24,013 nt of DNA from Rhodospirillales bacterium. Its GTDB lineage: Bacteria > Pseudomonadota > Alphaproteobacteria > Bin95. The notes under the pieces were generated by a model. It saw nothing but the letters and a program-made list of their open reading frames with translations, did not search any database and was not told the DNA's origin. The stretch is from NCBI GenBank assembly GCA_038143065.1, contig JAYQLI010000003.1, positions 1 through 24,013 of the forward strand. Direction: 5' to 3'. Within the stretch, counting starts at the first letter, position 1. Every line of letters begins with the position of its first letter. Of the stretch, positions 1-11,171 are shown in pieces. The translations under genes were made by a program, and so were the position numbers.

Positions 1-36
1 AGCAAGTTTGTGCAAAAGTTTTACGATCTGCTGTGC

Positions 37-1224
37 TTAAGCGACCAAACAAAGCTGCCGCGCCCATGCCTCCGCCAACACACATGGACGTGTCCTGCAT
101 ATTTTACTCCCCGCCGCCTCCCCTCAAGTAGCGCGTGCCCGACTTGTCTCGCGCCTGTCATACCATAGGGGTGGCCAATCGAAATGGCACCGCCATTCAC
201 GTTGTAAATTTCTGGATCAATCCCAAGATGGTCACGGCAATAGAGAACCTGGCACGCAAATGCTTCGTTCAGTTCCCAAAGGCCGATGTCTTCGTGCGAA
301 GACCTGTGTTCTTCAGAAGTTTTTGGAATTGCATAAATCGGCCGACACCCATCTCTTCCAGTGCGTTTTTCCAGCAACCTTTGCCATACCGCGATAGATC
401 CCAAAGGTGTGAGGCCTTGTTGCTCAGCCATTTTGCCTTCCATGAGCACACAAGCCGAGGCCCCGTCAGAAAGTTGGCTTGCGTTTCCGGCAGTGATCAC
501 ACCGCCTTCGACAACCGGTTTCAATGACCCAAGTGTTTCAGCCGTTGTACCTGGCCGATTGCCTTCGTCTTTTGACAAAGTTACATCCTCTAGGTTTTCC
601 TCTCCGGTTTCGCGGTTTTTTAACCCGTTTGATCGCAGTGATTGGAACGATCTCGTCATCAAAGGCGCCAGCGGCCTGGGCGCGAGCGGTCCGGTCTTGG
701 GAAAGTGCAGCGTATTCATCCTGAGCGTCGCGGCTAATCCCGTAGATCCGCGCCACATTTTCCGCCGTCATCAGCATCGGCATATAGGCATGCTCAGATC
801 AGGCGATAACGTTTGGATCTTTCTCATCGCCCGCCCATTTCAAATAGGCATTCTGCAGGGCGGAAATATTCTCCTGCCCGCCCGCTACGGCAACGTTCTG
901 CCCATCCACATAATCTGCTTTGCAGCCGTCGCAATGGCCATCAACCCGGAGGAGCATTGCCTGTCGATCGTCTGTCCTGCCACCGTATTGGGAAGGCCAG
1001 CAGCAAGCGCAGAAAGCCGGGCGACATTCAGCCACCCCGTTCCTGCTGTAAGGACCGATCCGATAACAACATCTTCGATCGAACCAGGGTCCACACCTGC
1101 ACGTTCAACCGCGTGCTCAATGGCGTGCCCCATCATGGTAGGGGATTTTGATGTTGTTCAGCGCACCTTTGAAGGCAACCCCAATAGGGGTTCGTGCGGT
1201 TGAGACGATAACGGCTTCTCTCAT
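37..1224 (-). CDS. Acetyl-CoA C-acyltransferase (thiolase), frameshifted
   Basis: Stitched from ORFs 885..1136, 538..783, 269..451 and 21..758. It begins [15 protein letters not shown] and contains the catalytic DRQCSSGL, NEAFA, GHPYGMTGAR and C-terminal MCVGGGMG motifs. The ATG at 1224 overlaps the upstream stop (ATGA). Confidence 0.93.
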
Positions 1225-3350
1225 GTTTTTTCCTTTTTGTCATCAAAATACGCATCAAGTGTCACGCCCGAGGTTGCAAGTTCTTTCAACAAAGGCGAAG
1301 GCGTGAACCACATCTCGCCATAGGCACCCTAGCGATTGCCGGTGTTGGTTCATGCGTTCCAATCTGGCTCAATCCAATCTCGTCGGCATAGTGCATTGGG
1401 CCGCCACGCCACTTCGGAAAGCCATAGCCATTAACCCAGATCAGGTCGCAATCACCCGGGCGCGTTGCAATGCCCTCTTCAAGGATGAGAAGCCCTCGTT
1501 GATCAAGGGGAAGACACATCGCTCAAGGATTTCCTGATCGTCGATGGCCCTGCGCTTCACGCCATGAAGGTCCGCCAAATGGGCACTGATTTGAACAATC
1601 TCAGGGTCTTCAACCCGTGTCCGGCCGTCGTAGACATAGCTTCCTCGCCCGGTTTTCTGACCCAGTCGGCCCAGTTCAAACAACCTGTCCTGCACAGCCT
1701 GGTATGTCGGGTCATGCGCGATTTCAATACGCCGTTCCTGACGCACGCGTGCGCCCACATCAACTCCGGCCAGATCTGCCATCGCATGAATGCCCATGGC
1801 CATGCCAAGCCTTCAAGGACGTCATCCACCTGTTTCGGCGTCGCCCCCTCTAGAAGCAGACGGGATCCTTCGCGGAAGTATGGTTCCAGCATCCGGTTTC
1901 CAACAAAGCCGTAGCACACGCCAACCGTGACAGGGAGCTTTCGGATCTTCTTTGCGACCGTGATTGCCGTTGCAATGACATCGGGAGCGGTCTTGGCGCC
2001 CCACACCACCTCCAGCAAGCGCATGACATTGGCCGGGCTGAAGAAATGGAGGCCAATCACATCCTCCGGACGTGACGTGACTGCGGCGATTTCATCAAGA
2101 TCCAATGTCGATGTGTTTGAGGCCAGTATCGCGCCAGGTTTTGCGTGTCGGTCCAGGGCTTCAAAAATCTGGCGTTTGACATCCATGCTTTCAAACGCCG
2201 CTTCAATGATCAGGTCGGCCTCTGCAAGGTCGCCGTAGCTTAGCGTCCCGGTGGCGTTGGCGGCGATTGCCTCTGCCCGATCGGCACTGAGCCGCCCTTT
2301 TTGGCTCGCGCGCTGGAAATGCTCCCGGACATTTTCCAGTCCCTGTTCGAGCGCGCCTTGCGTCGTTTCAGAAGAGTGACCGGATACCCCGCCTGCAGAA
2401 AGGCGATGGCAATGCCGCGTCCCATTGTTCCGGCACCAATCACGGCGACCGATTTAATATCACGTGGCTGATCCGCACGGGTAACGCCCGGAACTTTGTT
2501 GCATTCACGCTCTGCAAAGAACAGGTGTCGGCCCGCGCGCGATTGAGGTGTGTCGAGCAGTTCAGCGAAACCTGCCTTCTCTTGTGCCAACCCCTCGGAC
2601 ATCGGCAATTCACACGCAGCCTTGATGGATTCCAAGCAACGTTCAGGGGCAACAAGGTTTTTGGACCTTTGCGCAATCTGGTCTCGGAATTCCCTCGAGA
2701 AAACCTTTTGGATCAGGGTGTGTGACGGTCATATCCGCACAACTGCGTTTCGGATCGCCCTCATGGCTGACACGGGTGGCAAAACCCAAAACATGCGTGC
2801 TAAAATCTTGGTCATTCTCAAACAGCGCGTCAACCGGTCCGCAAGACAGGGCGTATTCACCTTTCACGGGATCACCCGAGAGGATCATCCGCGTTGCCGC
2901 TTCCAGACCCACAATCCGTGGTAGTCTTTGTGTGCCACCTGCACCGGGCAGTAGCCCCAGCTTAATCTCGGGCAGGCCCATCACTGCATCCGGCGTGGCG
3001 ACACGGCAATCACAGGCAAGCGCGATCTCCAGCGCACCACCCATCGCAGGGCCAGCTATCGCTGCAATAACTGGTTTTCGGCAGGCTTCAATCATTAAAC
3101 ACACGTCTGGTAGATCGGGTGTTTCCAAGGTCCGGTACGAAACTCCACAATATGCCCCTCCAGAAAAGAGTGACAGATTTGACGTAATAACAATAGCTTT
3201 TACAGAATCATCATCAACCGCGCTCTGTAAGTATTCAGTTAATGCTCTACGCATGGTCAAATCGAGTGCATTGATCGGCTTAGACATCATTGTTATTACG
3301 GCAATACCATCGGAAGTTTGGTAATTAATTATATTCGCATTATAGATCAT
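1221..3350 (-). CDS. Bifunctional enoyl-CoA hydratase / 3-hydroxyacyl-CoA dehydrogenase (FadJ/FadN-like), frameshifted
   Basis: Crotonase motifs [11 protein letters not shown] and [19 protein letters not shown]. Rossmann motif [12 protein letters not shown], then [24 protein letters not shown] and [12 protein letters not shown]. Spans ORFs 2643..3350, 2240..2635, 1557..2186, 1441..1803 and 1286..1519. Confidence 0.92.
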
Positions 3351-4060
3351 CAGCTCTCACACGCGCTGCAGTTTTATCGGCAAAAGCTATTAACCTGTCG
3401 TTTGCTTCAGGTTGTGTATTGACCACTCCCAAAGCTTCCATATAAGATGCATCAAGAGCAGACATGTTCCGCGTATGAGAAATCGTTGAGCAGACCGAAG
3501 TTTGAAAGTGAGGGTATTTTTGCAGCAGCTTTTGCAATTTCGATTGCTCTGGTATCACTTGTTTTCGAATGGCAAAGCTCACTCAACGCTTCCTTTATAG
3601 GTGCGCCCAGTCAGCATCATTCAATCATGCACCCGGCCAATAAGCTCGGGAAACCCGAATAGTTGCCCCACCACCGGTAAACAGACCACGCTGCCCTTCG
3701 GGGCAGTTTGGTCAGCCACTCGAATATGCTAATTCAAGGCCACCGCCAACGGTCGCACCTTTCAGAGCTGCAATGACAGGTATTCCACCATATTCAATCT
3801 TGTTGAATGGAAATTCTCAGAGCGTTGCTCTTTTTGGTGTTCAATTAAATCTAGACCTGCAGAAATGCTCTCCTTCTGCTCGCAATACAACAGCCTTGAA
3901 TCCAAGATTAGGAAGTTTTGAAAATAATGAAATTATTTCCTCAATCGTTTCAATATTGAGTGCATTCCGCTTGGCTGCCCGATTGAGACTAACAATAGCG
4001 ATATTTGTGTCTGCTGACAATTATATTCCTAAACTTAGATACTGGTAGCTGCATCTGCAT
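3340..4060 (-). CDS. dmdD: Methylthioacryloyl-CoA hydratase DmdD (crotonase family); has indels and apparent multi-codon deletions, possibly a pseudogene
   Basis: Hand translation gives [78 protein letters not shown] and a C-terminus [37 protein letters not shown]. These closely match Ruegeria pomeroyi DmdD as I recall it. Confidence 0.85.
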
Positions 4061-4115
4061 ATCTGAAACTTTCCGATGAAAAATGGTTGTACTTTTGATC
4101 AAATCATTAATTGTT

Positions 4116-4789
4116 TTATTGTTTGGTAAGGTAGATCTTTGCCCAGTCGTCGAAATGGATCACGTTGCAGGGTGAATTCACGTTCTCGAGCCAGACAAAG
4201 ACCGAGATGAACGGTTGGTCATAGACCCGGGTGGCGTGGGGTCGCCAGCGGCATTCCAAATTAATGATCCAGCCGGATAATCCTGCCATTCATGAGTGCC
4301 AAACCGCCACCCCGATTTTTCGGACAGGTTCAGATAAAGCTCTGGCGCGTCGTGGTTGTGGTCGCGATACAGCGTCCGTGGACCCAGCATGAAAATGCCA
4401 AGGTTGAAATCGGGATGGTGATGTCCACATGCGTCTGGCCCAATTAGCAGAGTATGCAGGTTACACTTTGTGTATCCCTCTCCCAAATCGGCACCGGGGG
4501 GATAGAATTGGGCTTTGTCTTCGCGCCAGATCAGATCATCCTTGGCTGCTTTCAGGCAATCTGCGATATCCTGCAATTCGGGAGCGACAATCCCGGCGAT
4601 GGCGTTCTTCAGAACCTCATCGTGCCGGGTTCCTTGGGGAGGTAATCAATGAGCCTCTCGCCAAACATGATCCATGGCTGTCAGCTTGTCCAACGTCAGA
4701 TCAACGCCGCGCGTGGCAGCTCTGTGAGCCTGCAAATAGGTGACAATGGACCCGATAAGCGCCTGAATACGGCGTTGCTTGTCTGTCAT
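4116..4789 (-). CDS. DMSP-lyase-family cupin (DddL/DddQ-like), frameshifted
   Basis: Starts MTDKQRRIQALIGSIV (ATGA overlap with the ligase stop at 4786). Core LHTLLIGPD..FNLGIFMLGPRTLYRDHNHDAPELYLNLS carries cupin motif 1 (HxH-x4-E-x-Y type). Motif 2 is PAGSLIWN..PHATRV, and the protein ends ..FISVFVWLENVNSPCNVIHFDDWAKIYLTKQ*. Confidence 0.75.
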
Positions 4790-6384
4790 GATTTTAAGTC
4801 CGAGCGCGTTGAAAGGTCTTGACGCACGAGTTTCTTGTCGAGCTTGCCGACGCTGGTTTTAGGTAGGCGGTCGACAAAGATTAATTCGTCTGGAACTGCC
4901 CATTTTGAGATCTCGCCTGCGTCAACACGCGACTGGATTTCTTCCATGACGCTCAAGCGCACAAGATCCGGGTCGGCATCCTCTGATTTGAGCGACAACA
5001 CCGGCCTTTCGCCCCATTTCGCGTGCGGCAACCGATTGCTGCGACGTCCTCAACGCCGCTACAAGACGATGCTATGTTTTCCAGTGCCAGCGAGGATATC
5101 CATTCGCCGCCGGTCTTGATTACATCCTTGAGACGGTCAGTAATCTGCAACGATCCATTCTCGCGGATATACCCAACATCCCCGGTATGCAGATACCCAC
5201 CGTCCCAAAGCTCATCAGAGGCTTGCGCGTTATCCAGATAGCCTTGTGTCAACCAGGGAGCCCGCGCAACAACTTCGCCGGTTGTTTCACCGTCATGCGG
5301 AACGTCTTTCATATCCGGTGTCACAACTCGAAGGTCGACAAGAGGGCCGGAAAACCCGGTTTGCGCCTGCACCTCAGGATCGTTGCTGGACAAATCGGCC
5401 ACCGTCAGAAACGGACAGGTTTCGGACATCCCATATGCCGCATGCAAGGATATACCTGCCGTCGCGGCGCGGGTTTGCAGACTGCGCGGCAAAGCGGCCC
5501 GCCAATGATTACTTTCCATCTATGCAGGTCAGTTTGCGGGCAGTTGGGATGGTCGAGCACCATTGACAGAACCGTGGGCACGCAGTGGGAAAGGTGACAT
5601 TTTCGTCTGAAATCAATCGCAGGATTATGTCAGGGTCATATCGACCGGGATAGACCTGACGCAGCCCCAGCATCGTTGCGGCATAGGGAAATCCCCAACC
5701 GTGGACGTGAAACAAAGGTGTCAGCGGCATGTAGACGTCGCCGCGATGAAATCCGGCGTTTCGGGCCACGCACCAAAGCCGGCGATCAGGCCCAACGTGT
5801 GAAGGACCAACTGCCGATGTGAATAGCTCACCCCTTTGGGATTGCCGGTGGTCCCGGTTGTATAGAACAAGGTTGCCGTTTGGTTTTCATCGAAGTCCGG
5901 GAAGTCAAAGCTTTCTGGGGCCTCGCCTATCCACTCTTCATATCCTTCTCCGTCTCCAATCGGCACAATGATGATATCCCGATCAAAGCCCGACTTGATA
6001 TTATCAATGAACGGCATGAAATCGCGGTGCACGATAATCAGATCCGGCTGCCCATGGTTGATCGTATAAAGAACCTGCGCAGGAGATAGACGGACGTTGA
6101 TCGTGAAAAGGGTCGCACCCATCATGGGGATCGCGAAAAAACACTCAAGATAACGGTTTGTATCCCAATCCATGACACCGACGCGCATGCCCTCACGTAT
6201 CCCGCTGGCCTTTCAGAGAATGGCAAGTTGGTGCACGCGTTTGCCAAACGTCCTCGTAGCTCAATCGCAATTTGCCGCCGCTGACGATTTCTTCGCTGGC
6301 TGACGCAAGCTGGGATCTGGCCAACAAGTGTTTGATCAGCAACGGATAGCCATATGCATTTGATGAAGGTGACAATATTGGCAT
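4786..6384 (-). CDS. Fatty acid--CoA ligase, DmdB-like (methylmercaptopropionate-CoA ligase of the Pseudomonas PA4198 type), frameshifted
   Basis: N-terminal AYGYPLLIKHLL, then VMDWDTNRYLECFFAIPMMGA, the AMP-binding motif FYTTGTTGNPKGV, YGMSET, LHTGDVG, DRLKDVIKTGGEWISS and LPKTSVGKLDKK. Confidence 0.88.
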
Positions 6385-6440
6385 CTAGGTCAAATCCTTA
6401 ACAATCTTTATCTGTATCAACTCTGGCATTTCATACCCTG

Positions 6441-6482
6441 TTTTAGAATTGAAACAAATTTCTTTTCATCAAAAATTCTAAC
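6441..6482. promoter_or_regulatory. Candidate LysR binding region between the divergent ligase and LysR genes
   Basis: AT-rich intergenic stretch containing TTAGAATT (6443-6450), its inverted copy AATTCTAA (6474-6481), and a T-N11-A box within ATCAAAAATTCTAAC (6468-6482). Confidence 0.4.
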
Positions 6483-6624
6483 CAATCAATCGTACCATTA
6501 ATTGCGTTTTATCCCCTGACAGGCTACGAAAAAATTAGCAAAACCTCGCTCAAATCGCGCCCGTTGTCGGATAACTCTGCTTGAGGGTTTTTAGAGATAA
6601 AGGTTTCATCAAGGAGAGCAATCG

Positions 6625-7546
6625 ATGTCACGCATATGCCCACGCTGGTTTCACTGCGCGCTTTTGAGGCGGTGGCGCGTCACAAGAGTTTCCGAAAGGC
6701 CGCTGACGAGATTTGTGTAACGCATGCGGCAGTCAGCCACCAGGTCAAAGCATTAGAAACATCAATCGGCGTTAAACTACTGGAACGCACAAGCCGTTCG
6801 GTCGAACTGACAGTGGCTGGTGAGCAGTATTATCCGGCAGTTCGCGAACACATTCAGGGAATTATCAAAGCCACGCGGCGCATCCAGGCACCTGAGGAAC
6901 CGGACGTGTTGCTCGTTCAGTCCTACGCAAGTTTCAATACAATGTGGTTACAGCCCAGATTGGCTGAATTTCTTCAGGACAATCCGAACACACGCGTGCG
7001 CATAGTCTCTACCTTTGAAGACGGTGATTATGACATGCACCGGTTCGATGTGGGCGTGTTCAACGCGCCACCATTTGACAAACGGTTTAACTATAGCCCG
7101 TTATTCGAAACGGATATCTACCCGGTTTGCGCGCCAGAGGCTTTCAATTCCGCAAGCGGCGGAATGCCACTCGAAGAGCTTAGAAATTACTTATTGTTGA
7201 GTGTCCCAAGCACATGGAATGAGCCGGATGACTGGGACTGTTGGTTGGAGGCTGTAGGCTTAGATCGCGAACCGATGAAATTTGGCTCAATCTTCGATAA
7301 CTACCCTCTTGTCCGCGAAGCCGTTTTAAACAATCACGGTATCAGCGTCGCAAGGGCACCGTTCTGCGCGCGTGATCTTGAGCGGGGTCGCCTGGTCAAA
7401 CCGTTTGAAATTTCAGTGCCCGAGCCAGGCCGCTGGTATCTGGTGACGCAAAAGAACGTGCACCCAACCCCAAGCTCGATACATTTATCGACTGGCTTTA
7501 CGAACAAATCGAGGCCGACCCGACCATGCGGTTCTTCCGGTCCTGA
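6625..7546 (+). CDS. LysR-family transcriptional regulator, GcvA subfamily
   Basis: HTH region LRAFEAVARHKSFRKAADEICVTHAAVSHQVKALE and substrate-binding domain WLQPRLAEF..DLERGRLVKPF. A frameshift near 7470 restores the end KLDTFIDWLYEQIEADPTMRFFRS* (TGA 7544-7546). The start is at 6625 or 6636. Confidence 0.92.
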
Positions 7547-7621
7547 TCTGTTAAATCCCAACTATGCCTGTTAGCGCGTTCCGGATCACCACAGACCTTC
7601 TCGGGGTATTTTTCCAGCCAC

Positions 7622-8588
7622 TCATTTCGTGTGCATGCGCTTTTTAGTTTCGCGCACACGTTTCGTTGCCTCGCGGCTGCCGTCATGAAAGCTTCGAACC
7701 AGTTGTCCCAAGGCATTTCCGGGCCGCCATAATTACATTCGAAATACCGGTGATGCAGTTGATGGTGGAACGACCCGATCTTCAGGTGGGCCTTATCCCC
7801 AAGCACCAGGTTTTCGAAACCCGGCATGCGACGTGGCTGAACCAAGAATATCCAATGAAGAGAAAGTGGATGGGATGCGCTGGCACAACCAGGAAGATCA
7901 GCAGCAAACTTAAATAGCCGACATGCTCGATCGGATGCATGGAAAAGCCTGACCACGGTGCAATGAAACACTACGGTGATGCACAGAAACGCGCTTGTAG
8001 ATCCATGGGATGTGCAGTGCGCGGTGCAGCCAGTAGAAATGGAAGGACTGCGCAACAGGCAACAACAGGAACATGGCAAAAAACCAGATCGGATTGCTCT
8101 GGGCCGTGATCATCGGCGCCCATCCATTGGCGTAAGCCATCCAAACAATAGTATCATAGAACGTCCAGACCGTCACGCCAGATAGGAGCGCAGGTGACAT
8201 TGTCCCAATATTGATCGTTCCAGAGGAAGATGCGGGCATTCTTGGCTAATCCGCGCCGGTCGAACTTGTAATCTTCGTCCTGCTTCTTCCATCCGTAAAG
8301 CCACAGGTGCAGTCCTTGGGCAAAGAAGATCATCAGGATCAGGTTGCGCGCCCAAAGCTGCAAAACCCATGTAAGCGCTGCATCTGCTCCAAGGGTGGCA
8401 CCTTCGATGGTAGGCCATCAGCGTGTAGATTAGGTATTCAGTGAGGAGCCAGTTGGTCGCAAACCACCGGAGCGTAGCTATGGCCTTGGTGGCCATGAAA
8501 AAAGCGGCGTCACCGCTACGGGCAAATCCGGATGCCAGTTCCATTCCTTGCTGATGCCTGCTTTCAGATGCTCATCTGTGTCGGACAT
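7622..8588 (-). CDS. Sterol desaturase / fatty acid hydroxylase family membrane di-iron enzyme, frameshifted
   Basis: Starts MSDTDEHLKAGISKEWNWHPDLP. His boxes HFYWLHRALH, HHRS and FHHQLHHRYFECNYG, followed by PWDNWF. Confidence 0.85.
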
Positions 8589-8988
8589 GTGCGAAGCTCC
8601 TATTATCGGTTCATTCAGACCTTATTCATGTGAATTTCAGAGGTTGAGTGCACGCCCATTCCCTTCACGATTGGACAATTGTGATTAATAACTCTTTGTA
8701 CCGCCAGGCCCACTCTCAAAGAACTGAAAAGATTTTCAGACCATGTAAAATTAGTAACCGCCGGTGGCTGAAGTAAACCTGTCCCTATTATCGGAATGGT
8801 CCGTTTTTGAGCAGAACAGCGAGCCTCTGACGCAATTCGAGTAAAGGTCCACGCCATCCCAAAAGTTCACTAATATATCCTAATGGCGGTCTTATCGGAT
8901 TACCTTTCGCACGTGATCTTAGGCGTTCTGCTTCGACCGTCGTTGGGGAACTTCGGCGAAACGGTAGAGGCAAGGCAAATCGATCTGC

Positions 8989-10061
8989 CTAGGTCCGATC
9001 AGTGCGCGTGGGACGTCGCGTACCCGCTTCAGGTGCGACGCGAGGGACAAGAGCGCGAACCAGTTCGATCATATCCAGTGTGCCGACCGTCTGCTCCCCA
9101 TCTTTGACGACATAGGCGTGTGTCGTATCTCCACCGGACTGCGCGATCACGCTTTCAAGTGTGTCGTTCACGTCCACCTCGCCATGTGCACCATTTGGCA
9201 CTTTGTTCCCACTAACCGGGGTCATGATCGAGCGCACCCGCAGAACCCGTGCGCGGTTGATGTCGCTTACGAAGTCTTCGATGTAGGGGTCGTTGGGGTT
9301 CAGCAGGATATGCTGCGGCTCGCCCTGTTGCACGACAAAGCCGTCCTTTAGGATCACAAGATGATCGGCCAGCTTCAGCGCCTCATCGAGATCGTGAGTG
9401 ATGAAGATGATGGTCTTGTGCAGCTCTTTTGCAGCTCGAGCAGTAAATCCTGCATGTCGGTCCGGATCAGCGGATCAAGGGCCGAGAAAGCCTCGTCCAT
9501 TAGCATGATCGGTGTGTTTGCGGTCAGTGCTCGGGCAATGCCCACACGCTGTTGCATCCCACCAGACAACTGCGCTGGATAATGGTTCTCAAACGCGTTC
9601 AAACCCGCGATCCAGCCATTTCGCGGCTTCGCGGTCGCAGGTGGCCTCGTCCTCGCCACGTACCGACAGGGGCATGCCTGCGTTCTTTAGCACAGTTTTG
9701 TGCGGCAAAAGTGCGAACTTCTGGAACACCATCGACATCTTTTCCTGGCGGGCATGGCGCAGCCATCTTCCGGACAGTTGCATCACGTCTTCGCCCTGCA
9801 CGATGATCTCGCCCGCAGTGGGTTCGATCAACCGGTTCAGGTGGCGGATCAAAGTAGATTTTCCAGAACCGGAAAGGCCCATGACCACTGTGATTTCCCC
9901 AGCCTGCATATCCACATTGATGTTGTTGAGTCCCAGAACATGTTTATGCTGCGTCAGCAACTCAGCTTGCCCATACCACTCTGAACATGGCGCAAAGCGT
10001 CTTTGTCGCGGGCGCCGAAGATCTTGTATAGCCCACGAATACTGACCATTGGTTGTGTCAT
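8989..10061 (-). CDS. Glycine betaine/proline-type ABC transporter ATP-binding subunit (ProV-like)
   Basis: Walker [10 protein letters not shown], signature [15 protein letters not shown], Walker [14 protein letters not shown], and [15 protein letters not shown]. Confidence 0.92.
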
Positions 10062-10073
10062 TAAACTCGCTCC

Positions 10074-11103
10074 TCAGTGTTTAACTTGGGCCTTATCGAC
10101 CCGTGTGAGCGCTGCTTTGGACACGCGATCAAGAATTACGGCCAGCATAACGATGCCTAGACCAGCAACGATGCCTACACCCAATTCCAAGTTTCTGATA
10201 CCGCGCAGAACATTTACACCTAGACCAGGCGCCGACACCAGAGAGGCAATCACGACCATGGCAAGGCTCATCATGATGGTCTGGTTGATTCCGGCCATGA
10301 TGTTCGGTAGCGCCAGCGGCAATTGCACTCGCATAAGTTTCTGACGGTCATTCATACCAAAAGCATTTGCAGCTTCTAAAACGTCTTGGTCTACAAGGCG
10401 GATGCCAAGGATCGGTCAGACGGATTACTGGCACAATCGCGTAAAGGATAATCGCAATTCCATAAAGTTTGGACTCCGTGACCGAGAACAAGAAAATCAG
10501 AGGGATCAGGTATACAAAGGTCGGCAAGGTCTGCAGCAGATCTAGTAGCGGAACAACGCTTTTTTGCAATCGATCAGATTTCGACATGGCAATTCCAATG
10601 GGCACACCGAACAGCACCGATATCGCCGTACATACAAAGATGATTGAAAGGGTTTGCATCGCCACATCGTAGTGGTCGACGAGGGCCAATAGCATAATCG
10701 CGACCGCGACAAAGATCGTCACAGGACGCGATCGCGACGCGTACCACGAAATCGCAACCAGAAGCGGAACCATGATGAACCACGGCATCGCTTCAAACAG
10801 CCAAAGTGCGCTATCCAGCATCCAGCTTAATGGTTGTGTGATCGGGTCTAGGACATTTTTTAGGACCGGTTTGGCCGCCAGAAATCCTTCTTCTATTCCG
10901 TTGGTTACATCGCGCGACTGCCATATGCGGTTGCAGCTTTCATGAAAATTATCAAACGAAGGAATAGGAAAGAACGGCTCAGACGTCTTTTCTCCTCCTG
11001 CTTGCGCCGCAAGGTCCGCGAGCGAAAGAGGCGCATTGTCATCTGACGTGCCACACCAGTCGCTCAAACCCAATGCGCTGAATAACTTGTCATAGAAGGC
11101 CAT
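10074..11103 (-). CDS. Glycine betaine/proline-type ABC transporter permease (ProW-like)
   Basis: Motifs PLLDLLQTLPTFVYLIP, PVIRLTD and VQLPLALPNIMAGINQTIMMSLAMVVIASLV. Frameshift near 10410. Confidence 0.92.
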
Positions 11104-11133
11104 ATAACGCTTTCCGATCTACTTCAGTGCGTT

Positions 11134-11157
11134 AGGGGCATCGCTTAGGATGCCCCT
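11134..11157. terminator. Intergenic stem-loop between the binding-protein and permease genes (mRNA stabiliser or partial terminator)
   Basis: Perfect 9-bp stem AGGGGCATC-gcttag-GATGCCCCT. Confidence 0.6.
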
Positions 11158-11171
11158 GTCCATGCAGTTTA

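Noticed and set aside
361-3324. Long plus-strand ORFs (361..1203, 2722..3324 and others)
   Set aside because: They are antisense shadows of the thiolase and dehydrogenase genes with no recognisable motifs.
8600-8985. Possible sRNA, riboswitch or MITE in the ~390-bp intergenic region
   Set aside because: I found no convincing stem structure, terminal repeats or second copy in the window. An Rfam search would be needed.
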